From Dehalococcoidia bacterium (GTDB taxonomy: Bacteria; Chloroflexota; Dehalococcoidia; Plut-88900), in contig OZ240219.1 of the NCBI GenBank assembly GCA_965197645.1, positions 768,001-832,000 of the forward strand: a DNA stretch of 64,000 nucleotides. Direction: 5' to 3'. This document shows, piece by piece, positions 17,333 through 29,046 of the stretch (position 1 is its first letter; every line of letters starts with the position of its first letter). The notes under the pieces are model-generated. The model was given only the letters and a program-made list of their open reading frames with translations, had not been told where the DNA came from and did no database searches. A program made the translations under genes and the position numbers.

Positions 17333-17556
17333 AGGAGCTCATCGAGTACATCGCCAAGTCCATAGCAGATGCGCCGGACGAGGTGAAGGTGACCGAGGTG
17401 GAGGAGGAGGACCGGATAGTCATCCGGCTGGAGGTCCACCCCGACGACAAGGGCAAGGTGATCGGGCGGCAGGGCCGGGTTGCTCAGGCCATGCGCACCC
17501 TCCTCAGGGTGGCCGCAGTCAAGCAGGGCGTAAGGGCAATCCTGGAGATAGTCTGA
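17329..17556 (+). CDS. khpA: KH-domain RNA-binding protein
   Basis: [11 protein letters not shown] GxxG loop; canonical position after rpsP. Confidence 0.93.
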   Translation: MKELIEYIAKSIADAPDEVKVTEVEEEDRIVIRLEVHPDDKGKVIGRQGRVAQAMRTLLRVAAVKQGVRAILEIV

Positions 17557-17566
17557 AGCCCGCGAC

Positions 17567-18076
17567 TTGACCAAACATTCCCCTACTTCCGGCCCCATAG
17601 CCATCGCCAGGGTCCTCAAGCCCATAGGCCTCAGAGGACAGGTCCTGGTGGAACCCCTGACCGATTTCCCCGACCGTTTCTCGCCCGGCAAGGCGCTCCT
17701 GCTCGAAGGCGAGCCCCGCACGATCCAGAGCTCCAGCCGGCGAAAAGCTCGATGGGCTCTGAAGCTGGAGGGAATCGACTCTCGCACCGATGCCGAATCC
17801 CTTCGGGACATGGTGCTCCATATCGAAGAGTCCGACATCCATGACCTGGGTCCTCGCCAGTACTACCGTTTCCAACTGCTGGGACTCGAAGTGTATACTG
17901 TCGACGGGCAGCTTCTCGGAGAGATATCAGACGTGCTCGAGACAGGCAGCAACGACGTTTACGTGGTGGCCCGGTCCGAGGGCGAGCTTCTGATCCCTGC
18001 CACCTCGGACGTGGTCCGGGAGATCGACCTGGAGGGTGGCAGGCTGGTTGCGGACGTGCCCACCACGACAGGCTAA
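17567..18076 (+). CDS. rimM: Ribosome maturation factor RimM
   Basis: GLRGQV, YY..QLLGL.V, ETGSNDVYVV, LLIP. Confidence 0.93.
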   Translation: MTKHSPTSGPIAIARVLKPIGLRGQVLVEPLTDFPDRFSPGKALLLEGEPRTIQSSSRRKARWALKLEGIDSRTDAESLRDMVLHIEESDIHDLGPRQYYRFQLLGLEVYTVDGQLLGEISDVLETGSNDVYVVARSEGELLIPATSDVVREIDLEGGRLVADVPTTTG

Positions 18077-18313
18077 TCTACCGCTGTCCGTCCTCCCGTA
18101 ATCCCCGGCAAGTTTGGCACAGCTTGAGCCTCGTCCGTGGGTGTGTCTCCGTGGGTGCTGCAATCGCCTTACCAATGTTTACCAAGACCGCTGTAGTCGA
18201 TATTAGGAACTAAGAGGTATAATTCGGTGTTCTCACCGAATTCTGCGTGACCTCCTCGACCCCGCCCTCACGCTCCGTATAGTCAGTAGTCACTACCTTC
18301 GTCTTGCACGCTG

Positions 18314-19522
18314 TTGCTATGGGAACGCAGCAGAGGGGATAAGCCGGATTTGGGCTACAGCATGAGGAACATCATTCCAAAAGCCTGGATTGGCCGCACC
18401 CAAGGCCAACATGAGGGATCCAGCAAGGCAGTTCGGCTGGTGTTTGCATTGGCCGGTATAAGCCTCCTAGTCTTGACGGCTTGCCTAAGGGATACAGGAA
18501 TAAGAGACGTGGGCGTTACTGAAAATAGTTTCGTCATCGTCAGATCATTTGAGTACAGCACTTCCCCACATGATTACCGTGAGGAGAAGGAAGACTATTA
18601 TACGAGCGAGGACGGTGGACGTACGTGGATGTACAATGGGTCATACACGAGCCACGACGGTGGCTATACTTGGGGGTTCAGTGGGCCAGGTCGGGACTGG
18701 GAGCGGGATTTAATCCTGTGGGGTGACGACACAGCTCAGACCCCCCGCGGGGTATTCTACATCCACGAATCCGGCGTCTCCCTGGAGACTGCAAGCCATA
18801 CCAAGGTCGCCTACTCAACCGAGCACCTAAAGTTTCCAGGCAATGAGACCCAGCAACGGCTATCCACAAGACGTCTAGGCACAAGGGAGCTTGCTTCTGC
18901 ACCGCGAGGCATCTTATACGATGAAGACAGTGGGAATGTCATTGTGGCGCTGGGGATTCAAGGTGTCATAGTTGGATATTCTGATGGAAACTGGGAGAGG
19001 ATCGCCGTGGGCGCCTACAAGCCGACCGATTTCTCCTTCGGGGCCAAGCTTTCAACTGCCTTCGGCGAACCTGCATTTTGGCCAACTGCGGTCAGCATAT
19101 CTATCGCTTTGGTGGCCGCAGCTCTGATGTTTTCTCGAGACCATAGTTATGCAAGGTGGTTTCTCGTGTTTTTAGCGACAGCAGTTCCACTGGGGTTTTC
19201 TTTCATAGCCCTGCTCATTCTTTATGCAGACGGAGCCCCAGAGGATTTCACAGCCAGAGCCATTTTGGCCGCATCCATACCGGCTATACTAGCTGTGGTT
19301 ACTGGGCTAACAGTAGCCGCCTTTGTCCCCCCAATACCCAGACACGTTCCGCTGGCGCTTGGTGCGATACTACTCATGATCGGGTTGTTTGGGTTGGCCT
19401 TCTTAATTGACGCATCTTCGCTTTTCCTGCTGTGGACCGGCAAGTTGTACGCATCACTGCTGATGGTTGCGATAGCAGTGACATTAGGATGCTACCTTCG
19501 GAGCAAGTACACGGCAGACTAA
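18314..19522 (+). CDS. Hypothetical membrane protein (possible lipobox, Asp-box repeats, C-terminal TM helices; start uncertain)
   Basis: LVLTAC; SEDGGRTW and SHDGGYTW BNR/Asp-boxes; several hydrophobic segments. Confidence 0.6.
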   Translation: MLWERSRGDKPDLGYSMRNIIPKAWIGRTQGQHEGSSKAVRLVFALAGISLLVLTACLRDTGIRDVGVTENSFVIVRSFEYSTSPHDYREEKEDYYTSEDGGRTWMYNGSYTSHDGGYTWGFSGPGRDWERDLILWGDDTAQTPRGVFYIHESGVSLETASHTKVAYSTEHLKFPGNETQQRLSTRRLGTRELASAPRGILYDEDSGNVIVALGIQGVIVGYSDGNWERIAVGAYKPTDFSFGAKLSTAFGEPAFWPTAVSISIALVAAALMFSRDHSYARWFLVFLATAVPLGFSFIALLILYADGAPEDFTARAILAASIPAILAVVTGLTVAAFVPPIPRHVPLALGAILLMIGLFGLAFLIDASSLFLLWTGKLYASLLMVAIAVTLGCYLRSKYTAD

Positions 19523-19665
19523 ACCCTAAGATCCCCTCGGTCGCCGACTTCTGGCCGGGATGCCGGTAACAAATGTATAATGGGGCCCCATACTCTTCCA
19601 TCATTCCGGAAGGAGTTGCGCGCCATTTCAGTGCACTCCAAACGCTTCCCCATCGCGAGGCGGCA

Positions 19666-20823
19666 ATGACATCTTCATTCACCAGTTCACTGTTCAGCGA
19701 GGCGGAGTACCGCCGTCGTCTTAGGGCCACCCAGACCGCGATCATCGAGCGGGGCGCTGATCTCGCCCTGGTCCACCAGCCGGAGCACCTCTACTATCTC
19801 ACCGGTTTTCCCGGCCCAGGCGCGGGCTACGGCTTCCACCAGGTCTGCATCGTCCCCGCCGAGGGCGACCCCGTCGTCGTTCTGCGAAAGATGGAGGAGC
19901 AGGCCTTCCTGGTCACGACTTGGGTGAAGGACTACTACGCTTACAACGACTACGAGGACCCGGTGGATACCATCAGGAAGGCGATGGAGGAGCACGGGTT
20001 CGCCGATAAGACGGCGGCGGTGGAGTACGACTCCTGGGCCCTGACCCATACCCGGCTCAACCGTATCAAGGAAGCCCTCCCTCGCCTCAAGCTCGTCGAT
20101 TTCTCACGGGTCCTATGGTACCTGCGCCAGGTCAAGTCCGATGAGGAGCTGGCCTACATCCAACGTGCGGCGGACATCGCCATCGTGACCATGAAGAAGG
20201 TGATCGACACCGTCGAGGAGGGACGGACGGAGCACGACATACAGATGATGGTGCGCCAGGTCTACCATGACGAGGGGGCCGACGGCCAGTCGGGCGGGAC
20301 CTTCAACTCCGGCAACAACATCCGCTTCGTCCACGCCTCGCCCACCAAGCGAGTCCTCGGAAAAGGCGACATCCTGAACACCGAGCTGACGCCCGTGGTG
20401 CAGAACTACCACGCCCGGTTCCAGCGCTCCACCGTCATCGGCGAGCCTACCGACGAGCAGATGCGTATCGCCCGGGTGGTGGAAGAGGCCCAGTCCGACG
20501 CCATCGCCCTCATGAGGCCAGGCGCCCTGGCCCGGGACGTCGATCATGCCGTTCGGTCGAAGATCGAGAGGGAGGGAGTGAAGGGCGAGTGGGAGAGCCC
20601 CTACTACAACATATCGGGGTACACGCTGGGGATCATCATGATGCCCTGGATATCCGATTTCAGCCGGGTGTTCCTGCCCACCTCGGACTGGGTGCTGCAG
20701 GAGGGCAACGTCTATCACCTCTACTGCTGGGCCCAGGGCATCGCCTTCAGCGAGACCGTCCACGTCACCGCCGACGGGCCGGAACTGATGACCAAGATGG
20801 AGCGCAAGCTCTACGTCAAGTGA
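19666..20823 (+). CDS. M24 family (Xaa-Pro peptidase/ectoine hydrolase DoeA-like) protein
   Basis: Creatinase N-domain (YYLTGF), KS.EEL, YHARFQR, SGYTLG, FSETV. Confidence 0.8.
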   Translation: MTSSFTSSLFSEAEYRRRLRATQTAIIERGADLALVHQPEHLYYLTGFPGPGAGYGFHQVCIVPAEGDPVVVLRKMEEQAFLVTTWVKDYYAYNDYEDPVDTIRKAMEEHGFADKTAAVEYDSWALTHTRLNRIKEALPRLKLVDFSRVLWYLRQVKSDEELAYIQRAADIAIVTMKKVIDTVEEGRTEHDIQMMVRQVYHDEGADGQSGGTFNSGNNIRFVHASPTKRVLGKGDILNTELTPVVQNYHARFQRSTVIGEPTDEQMRIARVVEEAQSDAIALMRPGALARDVDHAVRSKIEREGVKGEWESPYYNISGYTLGIIMMPWISDFSRVFLPTSDWVLQEGNVYHLYCWAQGIAFSETVHVTADGPELMTKMERKLYVK

Positions 20824-20844
20824 CCGGGGCCTCGCTGCCCGCTC

Positions 20845-21228
20845 CTACCCAGGCATGCCGGCAGTGACCGTGATCTCGACCAGCAGCTCCGGCGAGTTCA
20901 GCATCACCTCCACCGTCGTCCTTGCCGGCTTGTTGGTCGGGAAGTACTCCCCGTACATGTCGTTGTAGTCGGCCAGGTCCTCCCTCCTGGTGAGGTAGGA
21001 CGTCACCGTTAGCACGTTGTCCAGCGAAGTGCCCGCCGCCTCCAGGACCGTCTTGATCCTCTCGATGGTGTAGCGGGTCTGCTCTCTCACGTCCTTCCCC
21101 AGCTCTCCTGTAACCGGGTGCCGGCCCGTCTGCCCGGCTGCGAACACCAAGTCGCCGTACCTTGTCGCCGGCGACAGGTTCGGGTTCTGGGCCGCCAGAT
21201 CCACGTTTACTATCTCTTTCCTAGGCAT
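20845..21228 (-). CDS. RidA/YjgF family protein
   Basis: AGQTG, EQTR, L.AAG..L.NV, PARTTV, LVEI. Confidence 0.9.
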   Translation of the reverse strand: MPRKEIVNVDLAAQNPNLSPATRYGDLVFAAGQTGRHPVTGELGKDVREQTRYTIERIKTVLEAAGTSLDNVLTVTSYLTRREDLADYNDMYGEYFPTNKPARTTVEVMLNSPELLVEITVTAGMPG

Positions 21229-21334
21229 TTCACGTCCTCCTCAAACGAGATTCCTTCTTTCACTCCGATATCCCCTGGGCGAAGGAGGACCTCCACTCCG
21301 AGACCGTCTTTCGGCTTGAGCTGTCGCAAGGCCG

Positions 21335-22531
21335 CTAAATCACTCCCTCGTCCCTCATCTCCACGATCTCTTTCCACGGGTGCCCGTACTCCAGCAACAC
21401 CTCTTCCGTATGTTGTCCCGGCTCCGGCGCCGGCCGGCGAGCCCGCACCTCGCTCTTGCTGAACCTCACCGGCATCTCTATCGTCTCATAGCTCCCCAAC
21501 ACCGGATGCTCCAGCGAAGCCAGATAGCCGTTGGCCCGCACCTGGGGGTCGTCAATCACCTCGGTCAGCTCCTGCACCGGGTCCCAGATGACCTCGTTTT
21601 CGTCCAGAATCCGCCCCCACTCGTCCCGGTCCTTCGTGGCGAATATTCCATCGAAAATCCCGATCAGCTCTTCGTTCCGAGCAGCCAGCCCTTCGAAGGT
21701 AGCCAGCTCCGGATCCCGGGCCAGGTCCAGTCGACCCAACGCCCGGCACAGCCTGGGCCAGTAGAGGGTGTGCTGGTTATCCATCATCAACCACTTGCCG
21801 TCCCCGGCCTGGTAATAGTTCCACATCGGATTGGGCGCTTGAGTCCTGATCGGCGCCCGGCTGGGGTTCCTTCGAGACACCAGCGATGCCTGAATGTCCG
21901 TTCCCAGCACCCACAACCCCGTGTTCAGCAGTGACCCCGATATCTCCTGCCCTTCGCCCGTTCTATCCCGTTCGTATAGGGCTGCCAGCACCCCCGATAC
22001 CATCGCCAGCGACGCCGTATGGTCCCCCATGCCGCCCCGCTGAATTACCGGAGGCTCTCCCGGGTCACCCATGAGGCCCATGATGCCGGACCGAGCCCAG
22101 TAGGCCACGTAGTCCAGCCCCAGCCGGTCCTTGTGCGGCCCCCTGTCACCATAGGCAGTAAAAGACATGTATATCAGCCGGGGGTTGCTCTTCGATAGGT
22201 CGTCGTATGCCAGCCTGTACCGCTCTCTTCGCTGGGGCACCAGATTTGTGATGAACACGTCGGATTTTTCGGCTATGTCCACCACCACCCGCCTGGCCTT
22301 CTCCCGGCCCAGGTCGAGAGTGATGCTTCTCTTGTTGCGGTTGTCCACTTCGAAGCTGTAGTTCTGGTCGAACCCCATCGACCCGTCGACGTATCCCCGC
22401 CACGGATCCCCCTGTGGTGGCTCGACCTTGATTACCTCGGCGCCCATGTCCCCCAGCAGGGCGCCGGTTGCCGGCGCTGCCAGCCAGTTAGCCACCTCCA
22501 GCACCTTTATCCCGTCCAGCGGCCCCTTCAT
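21335..22531 (-). CDS. CaiB/BaiF class III CoA-transferase
   Basis: GPLDGIKVLE, LGDMGAEVIKVEPP.GD, NRNKRSITLDL, PAPEPGQHTEEVL. Confidence 0.92.
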   Translation of the reverse strand: MKGPLDGIKVLEVANWLAAPATGALLGDMGAEVIKVEPPQGDPWRGYVDGSMGFDQNYSFEVDNRNKRSITLDLGREKARRVVVDIAEKSDVFITNLVPQRRERYRLAYDDLSKSNPRLIYMSFTAYGDRGPHKDRLGLDYVAYWARSGIMGLMGDPGEPPVIQRGGMGDHTASLAMVSGVLAALYERDRTGEGQEISGSLLNTGLWVLGTDIQASLVSRRNPSRAPIRTQAPNPMWNYYQAGDGKWLMMDNQHTLYWPRLCRALGRLDLARDPELATFEGLAARNEELIGIFDGIFATKDRDEWGRILDENEVIWDPVQELTEVIDDPQVRANGYLASLEHPVLGSYETIEMPVRFSKSEVRARRPAPEPGQHTEEVLLEYGHPWKEIVEMRDEGVI

Positions 22532-22658
22532 GCCTTGCCTCCTAGTAGTAGACGGCCCCAGTTTACACCTCCAATCCGCCTCTTCTGGCCGGGATGCCGG
22601 TGAAGAATGTATAATGGGAGTCCACACTCTTCCATCACTGCGGGTGGAGGTATCAGCC

Positions 22659-23417
22659 ATGTCAGGACATTCCAAATGGTCGACGATCAAGAGGCAAAAG
22701 GGCGCCAACGACGCCAAGCGAGGCCAGCTGTTTACCAAGCTGGGCCGCGAGATATCCGTTGCTGTCCGCCAGGGCGGCCCCGACCAGGACGCTAACTTCC
22801 GGCTTCGTCTCGCCGTCCAGAAGGCCCGGGACAACAACATGCCCCTGGACAACATCGAGCGGGCCATCAAGAAGGCCGCAGGTCAGAGCGGAAACGGCGA
22901 CCAGCTTCACGAGGCTACCTACGAGGGCTACGGGCCCGGCGGCGCCGCCCTCCTTCTCCAGGTGCTCACCGACAACCGCAACCGCGCTGTCGCTGAGATC
23001 CGCAGCACCCTGACCCGAAACGGCGGCAATCTGGGTGAGTCTGGGTCTGTTGCGTGGAACTTCGACTCTAAAGGGGTCATCGTCATCGAGACGGAGCCGG
23101 ACCTGGCGGAAGATGCGGCCATGGAGTCCATAGACGCCGGCGCCGACGATTTCAAGCTAGAAGACTCCATACTGGAGGTCTACACCACCCCCCAGGACCT
23201 GGAGCCGGTCCGTCGCGCCCTCGAGGACAAGGAGATCGCCATCCAGTCCGCCGAGATGGCCATGGTGCCCAAGAATGTCATCATGCTCAACCAGCAGGTG
23301 GCCTCTCAAACCCTACGGCTCCTCGACAAGCTGGAGGACCTGGACGATATCCAGAGGATATTCAGCAACGCCGACTTCCCTCCCGAAGTGCTGGAGGCCT
23401 ACCGCAAGGAGAGCTAG
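22659..23417 (+). CDS. yebC: YebC/PmpR family protein
   Basis: MSGHSKWSTIKRQK, YEGYGPGG, TDNRNR. Confidence 0.95.
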   Translation: MSGHSKWSTIKRQKGANDAKRGQLFTKLGREISVAVRQGGPDQDANFRLRLAVQKARDNNMPLDNIERAIKKAAGQSGNGDQLHEATYEGYGPGGAALLLQVLTDNRNRAVAEIRSTLTRNGGNLGESGSVAWNFDSKGVIVIETEPDLAEDAAMESIDAGADDFKLEDSILEVYTTPQDLEPVRRALEDKEIAIQSAEMAMVPKNVIMLNQQVASQTLRLLDKLEDLDDIQRIFSNADFPPEVLEAYRKES

Positions 23418-23434
23418 CGCTCCGCCGCTGTAGT

Positions 23435-23944
23435 ATGAGGGTACTCGGAATCGACCCCGGCACCATCAACATGGGCTATGGAGTCATCGACCAGACTTCC
23501 GATAGGCCCTCCCTCGCTCAGTGCGGTGTCCTCAAGGCACCCTCCGGTATGGCCATAGAGGAGAGATTGCAGCAGCTCTACTCCGCACTGGTGGAGATAA
23601 TCGACGAGGTCCAGCCCGACCATGTGGCCATCGAGGAACCCTTTGTCAGCCGGAACGTCCGTTCTGCCATGATGATAGGTGAAGCGAAGGCCATCGCCAG
23701 TCTGGCCGCCACCGGACACAGCATCCCGGTGTCCCGTTACTCGCCCCGAAAGGTGAAGCAGGCGGTCTCCGGCTACGGCGGAGGCAGCAAGGAGCAGGTC
23801 CAGGAGATGGTCCGCCTGCAGCTGGGACTGGACGCTTCGCCCGAACCACTGGACGCCTCCGACGCCATAGCCGTGGCCCTGTGTCATCTCCACCAGCTAT
23901 CCTTGGGGCTTCTCCTGGCCGAATCCCAGGAGGGACGGCCTTGA
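23435..23944 (+). CDS. ruvC: Holliday junction resolvase RuvC
   Basis: LGIDPG, AIEE, VKQAVSGYG..KEQV, DASDAIAVALCH. Confidence 0.95.
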   Translation: MRVLGIDPGTINMGYGVIDQTSDRPSLAQCGVLKAPSGMAIEERLQQLYSALVEIIDEVQPDHVAIEEPFVSRNVRSAMMIGEAKAIASLAATGHSIPVSRYSPRKVKQAVSGYGGGSKEQVQEMVRLQLGLDASPEPLDASDAIAVALCHLHQLSLGLLLAESQEGRP

Positions 23945-24522
23945 TATCCAGCCTGCAGGGCGATCTGGAGGCCATCGGAGACAGGGAGGTGGTGGTCGAT
24001 ATCGGTCCCATGAGCCTGAGCGTGCAGGCGCCCACGTCGACCATCAGCATCCTGGGCAGCGTGGGAGAGCGGGTAAAGCTCCTCACCCACCTGTATCTCA
24101 AAGAGGACGTCCTGGCCCTCTACGGGTTCGCCACCAAGGACGAGCTGGAGCTCTTCGAGGCTGTCATAGGGGTGGGCGGGGTTGGGCCTCGTATGGCCCT
24201 TTCTCTCCTCTCGGCCATGTCCCCCGAGCGGCTGGCCGGCGCTATAACCTCCGGCGATATCCAGCAGCTGACCCAGGTCAGCGGGCTGGGCAAGAAGATT
24301 GCCGGCCGGCTGGTGCTGGAGCTGAAGGGAAAGCTGGAGAAAGAGTGGGGCGAGACCACGGCGCCCGCCGCGGAGGACCAGGAAGACGTGGTGGCCGCCT
24401 TAACGGCCTTGGGCTACGCTCCATCCGAGGCCCGGTCTGCCGTCGCCCAGATCCAGCTGGCCCCCGACACGGAGCTGGAGGAGCGGGTCCGCTTGGTCCT
24501 TCAGTCCCTCGGCGCCAGATAG
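23941..24522 (+). CDS. ruvA: Holliday junction branch migration protein RuvA
   Basis: TTG start after GGAGG; LYGF, V.GVGPR.AL, GLGKK.A.RLVLEL, ALTALGY. Confidence 0.93.
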   Translation: MISSLQGDLEAIGDREVVVDIGPMSLSVQAPTSTISILGSVGERVKLLTHLYLKEDVLALYGFATKDELELFEAVIGVGGVGPRMALSLLSAMSPERLAGAITSGDIQQLTQVSGLGKKIAGRLVLELKGKLEKEWGETTAPAAEDQEDVVAALTALGYAPSEARSAVAQIQLAPDTELEERVRLVLQSLGAR

Positions 24523-24566
24523 CACCACTCCTCATGGGAGACCTCAGATATCAAGGGAGGCCCGAT

Positions 24567-24854
24567 ATGCGCATAGAACCGTCCAGCCAGAGAAAGCTGC
24601 CCAGGCCTTTCCAGCTCCCCTGGGGCAAGGGGGTAGTTGCAGAGGAGGTCAGCGTGACCCGGCCACACTGGGAGCCAACCATCCAGCTCCTGGAGTACGA
24701 GGACGGCTCCCGAGCCCTGCGCTTCTGCTACTACCACGGGCCTCGCTTCGGACGCGGCCCGATGATCCTCGATGCCGAAGACATCGTCGAGATGAAAGTG
24801 GCCGCAGAGCAGGACGCCCCCAGGATCAGGGAGCTTCTTGAGGGGTTCGGTTAA
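24567..24854 (+). CDS. Hypothetical protein
   Basis: SD GGAGG, 95 aa, genome-typical codon usage. Confidence 0.6.
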   Translation: MRIEPSSQRKLPRPFQLPWGKGVVAEEVSVTRPHWEPTIQLLEYEDGSRALRFCYYHGPRFGRGPMILDAEDIVEMKVAAEQDAPRIRELLEGFG

Positions 24855-24920
24855 ATCCGTAGCCTACCAACTGTGATAGACTAGGCCGCTCCATTCATTC
24901 CCATCCGGGAGACGATAGAC

Positions 24921-25391
24921 ATGGCAATGCGCCGCCTCCAGACGACCCTCATCGTGCTTGGCTTCACTCTCCTACTAGCCCTCATCGGCTGCGGCGGGGC
25001 CTCGGAGTCCAGCGAGCTTAGCAGGAGCTCGGACTCCAACGAGCACAGCCTAGGCTCGGAGTCCAGCGAGCACGAGCAAGGCTCGGATTCCGGGGAAGAC
25101 GGTGAAGAATCCGGCACTCAGCTGGCCCTCGGCGATACCTTTGACCAGGTGCGAGCGGGAGCCCGGCTCGTCCTGTCGTATGACTCCACTGCCAACGCCT
25201 TCAAGGGCACGGTTGAGAACACCACGGAGGCCACACTGCGCCAGGTCAGGGTCGAAGTCCATCTTTCGAACGGAACCGAGTTGGGCCCGACAACTCCGGT
25301 CGACCTCGCTCCCGGTCAGATAGTGGAGATCACTCTCCCGGCGGGAAGCGAACCCTTCACCACGTGGAGCGCTCACCCGGAAGTCGGCTGA
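24921..25391 (+). CDS. Hypothetical lipoprotein (acidic Ser/Glu linker, Ig-like FxLYD-type domain)
   Basis: LALIGC lipobox; G.VENTT..V.VEV..G.ELG..LAPGQ. Confidence 0.65.
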   Translation: MAMRRLQTTLIVLGFTLLLALIGCGGASESSELSRSSDSNEHSLGSESSEHEQGSDSGEDGEESGTQLALGDTFDQVRAGARLVLSYDSTANAFKGTVENTTEATLRQVRVEVHLSNGTELGPTTPVDLAPGQIVEITLPAGSEPFTTWSAHPEVG

Positions 25392-25640
25392 TTCCTAGAC
25401 CACCGGCACAACCTGGACACTACCGCTCGGCATAGGCACCGGGGTGCCGGACGCGATCAAAGCTACGAGCCCGGTCCGGAGGTGGCTGATGGAAAAGCGC
25501 TCCGGCATGGAGATTGCGGCCATCAACCCCCTTCTGTCCAGCCACGAAATGTGTTACAATATTTTTGTGAAAAGTTTTGAAACGGCATGACTAAACAGGT
25601 CGTTTCAACCGTGAGATGACCCTGGAGCTACGGCGCCTGA

Positions 25641-28181
<2,541 letters not shown>

Positions 28182-28188
28182 TCCCTCT

Positions 28189-28425
28189 CTACCTCGCCAG
28201 CAACGCCTCGATCCTCGCTTGGTTGAAGTCGGTTACCACGTACCCATCGATGTCCCATACCGGAGTGCGTATCCGTCCCGTCAGCTTTCTCAGGGCGTAC
28301 TTGGCCCGGTTGTCCTTGGACACGCTCACCTCTTCGTAGTCGATAGCTTTGTCCGCCAGGAACCTCCTGGCTGCACTACACACCTTTCAGGTACGAGTCG
28401 TGTAGACCTTGATGCGCTTCGGCAT
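28189..28425 (-). CDS. Glutaredoxin/NrdH-like selenoprotein (U13-x-x-C)
   Basis: MPKRIKVYTTRT-TGA-KVCSAARRFL..TP..IDG; SD AGGAGAGG; TGA at 28387-28389; hairpin downstream. Confidence 0.85.
28355..28371 (-). promoter_or_regulatory. SECIS-like hairpin of the glutaredoxin gene
   Basis: GCCAGGA-GGT-TCCTGGC, loop G 23 nt after UGA. Confidence 0.65.
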
Positions 28426-28439
28426 ATCATCCTCTCCTG

Positions 28440-29045
28440 TCACGAAGCCCGGTATATCCCTTCATTCCTTATGTACCGCTCCACGGCCTCAGGCACCAGG
28501 TACCTGATGGACAGTCCCTCGCGGACCCTGCGGCGTATGTCCGACGAACTGATATCCACCTGGATGTTCTCAATGGAGCACACCCGGTCCCTCAAACCAG
28601 GGACCGAATCATCTAGCGCCTGGGTTTCCAGTCTCGTGTAGCCCGGCCTTCTCATCGCGGCCAACCTGCACAGCTGCAGTATCCTATCCGGGCTCTTCCA
28701 CCTATCCAGCTCGGTCAGGGCGTCCAGCCCGATTATGAAGTAGAGCTCAACGCCGCTGCTGAGCCTGCTTGTCAACTCCTCCAGGGTATCGACGGTGTAC
28801 GTGGGGCCATCTCGCTCCAGCTCCAGGGTATCAATGCAAAAGAGAGGATCGCCTTCCAATGCTAGACGCAGCATCTTCAACCTGGTACAGGCTGGGGATA
28901 CATAGCTGGCTTCCTTGAACCGCGGGTTTCCCGCCGGCACGAACATTACCCGGTCCAGCGCCAGCTGCTCCGCCGCCTCCTCAGCGATAATCAGGTGACC
29001 GAGGTGAACAGGATCGAAGGTGCCGCCCAGGATTCCAACTTTCAT
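28440..29045 (-). CDS. nadD: Nicotinate-nucleotide adenylyltransferase
   Basis: GILGGTFDPVHLGHL, TYTVDTL, FIIGLD, ISSSDIR. Confidence 0.95.
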   Translation of the reverse strand: MKVGILGGTFDPVHLGHLIIAEEAAEQLALDRVMFVPAGNPRFKEASYVSPACTRLKMLRLALEGDPLFCIDTLELERDGPTYTVDTLEELTSRLSSGVELYFIIGLDALTELDRWKSPDRILQLCRLAAMRRPGYTRLETQALDDSVPGLRDRVCSIENIQVDISSSDIRRRVREGLSIRYLVPEAVERYIRNEGIYRAS

Positions 29046-29046
29046 T

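Noticed and set aside
19666-20823. Loss of metal ligands in the M24 protein as a novelty
   Set aside because: This is typical of the creatinase/ectoine hydrolase-like branch.
17075-24854. Missing trmD after rimM and missing ruvB after ruvA
   Set aside because: Operon splitting is common, and absence cannot be judged from one window.
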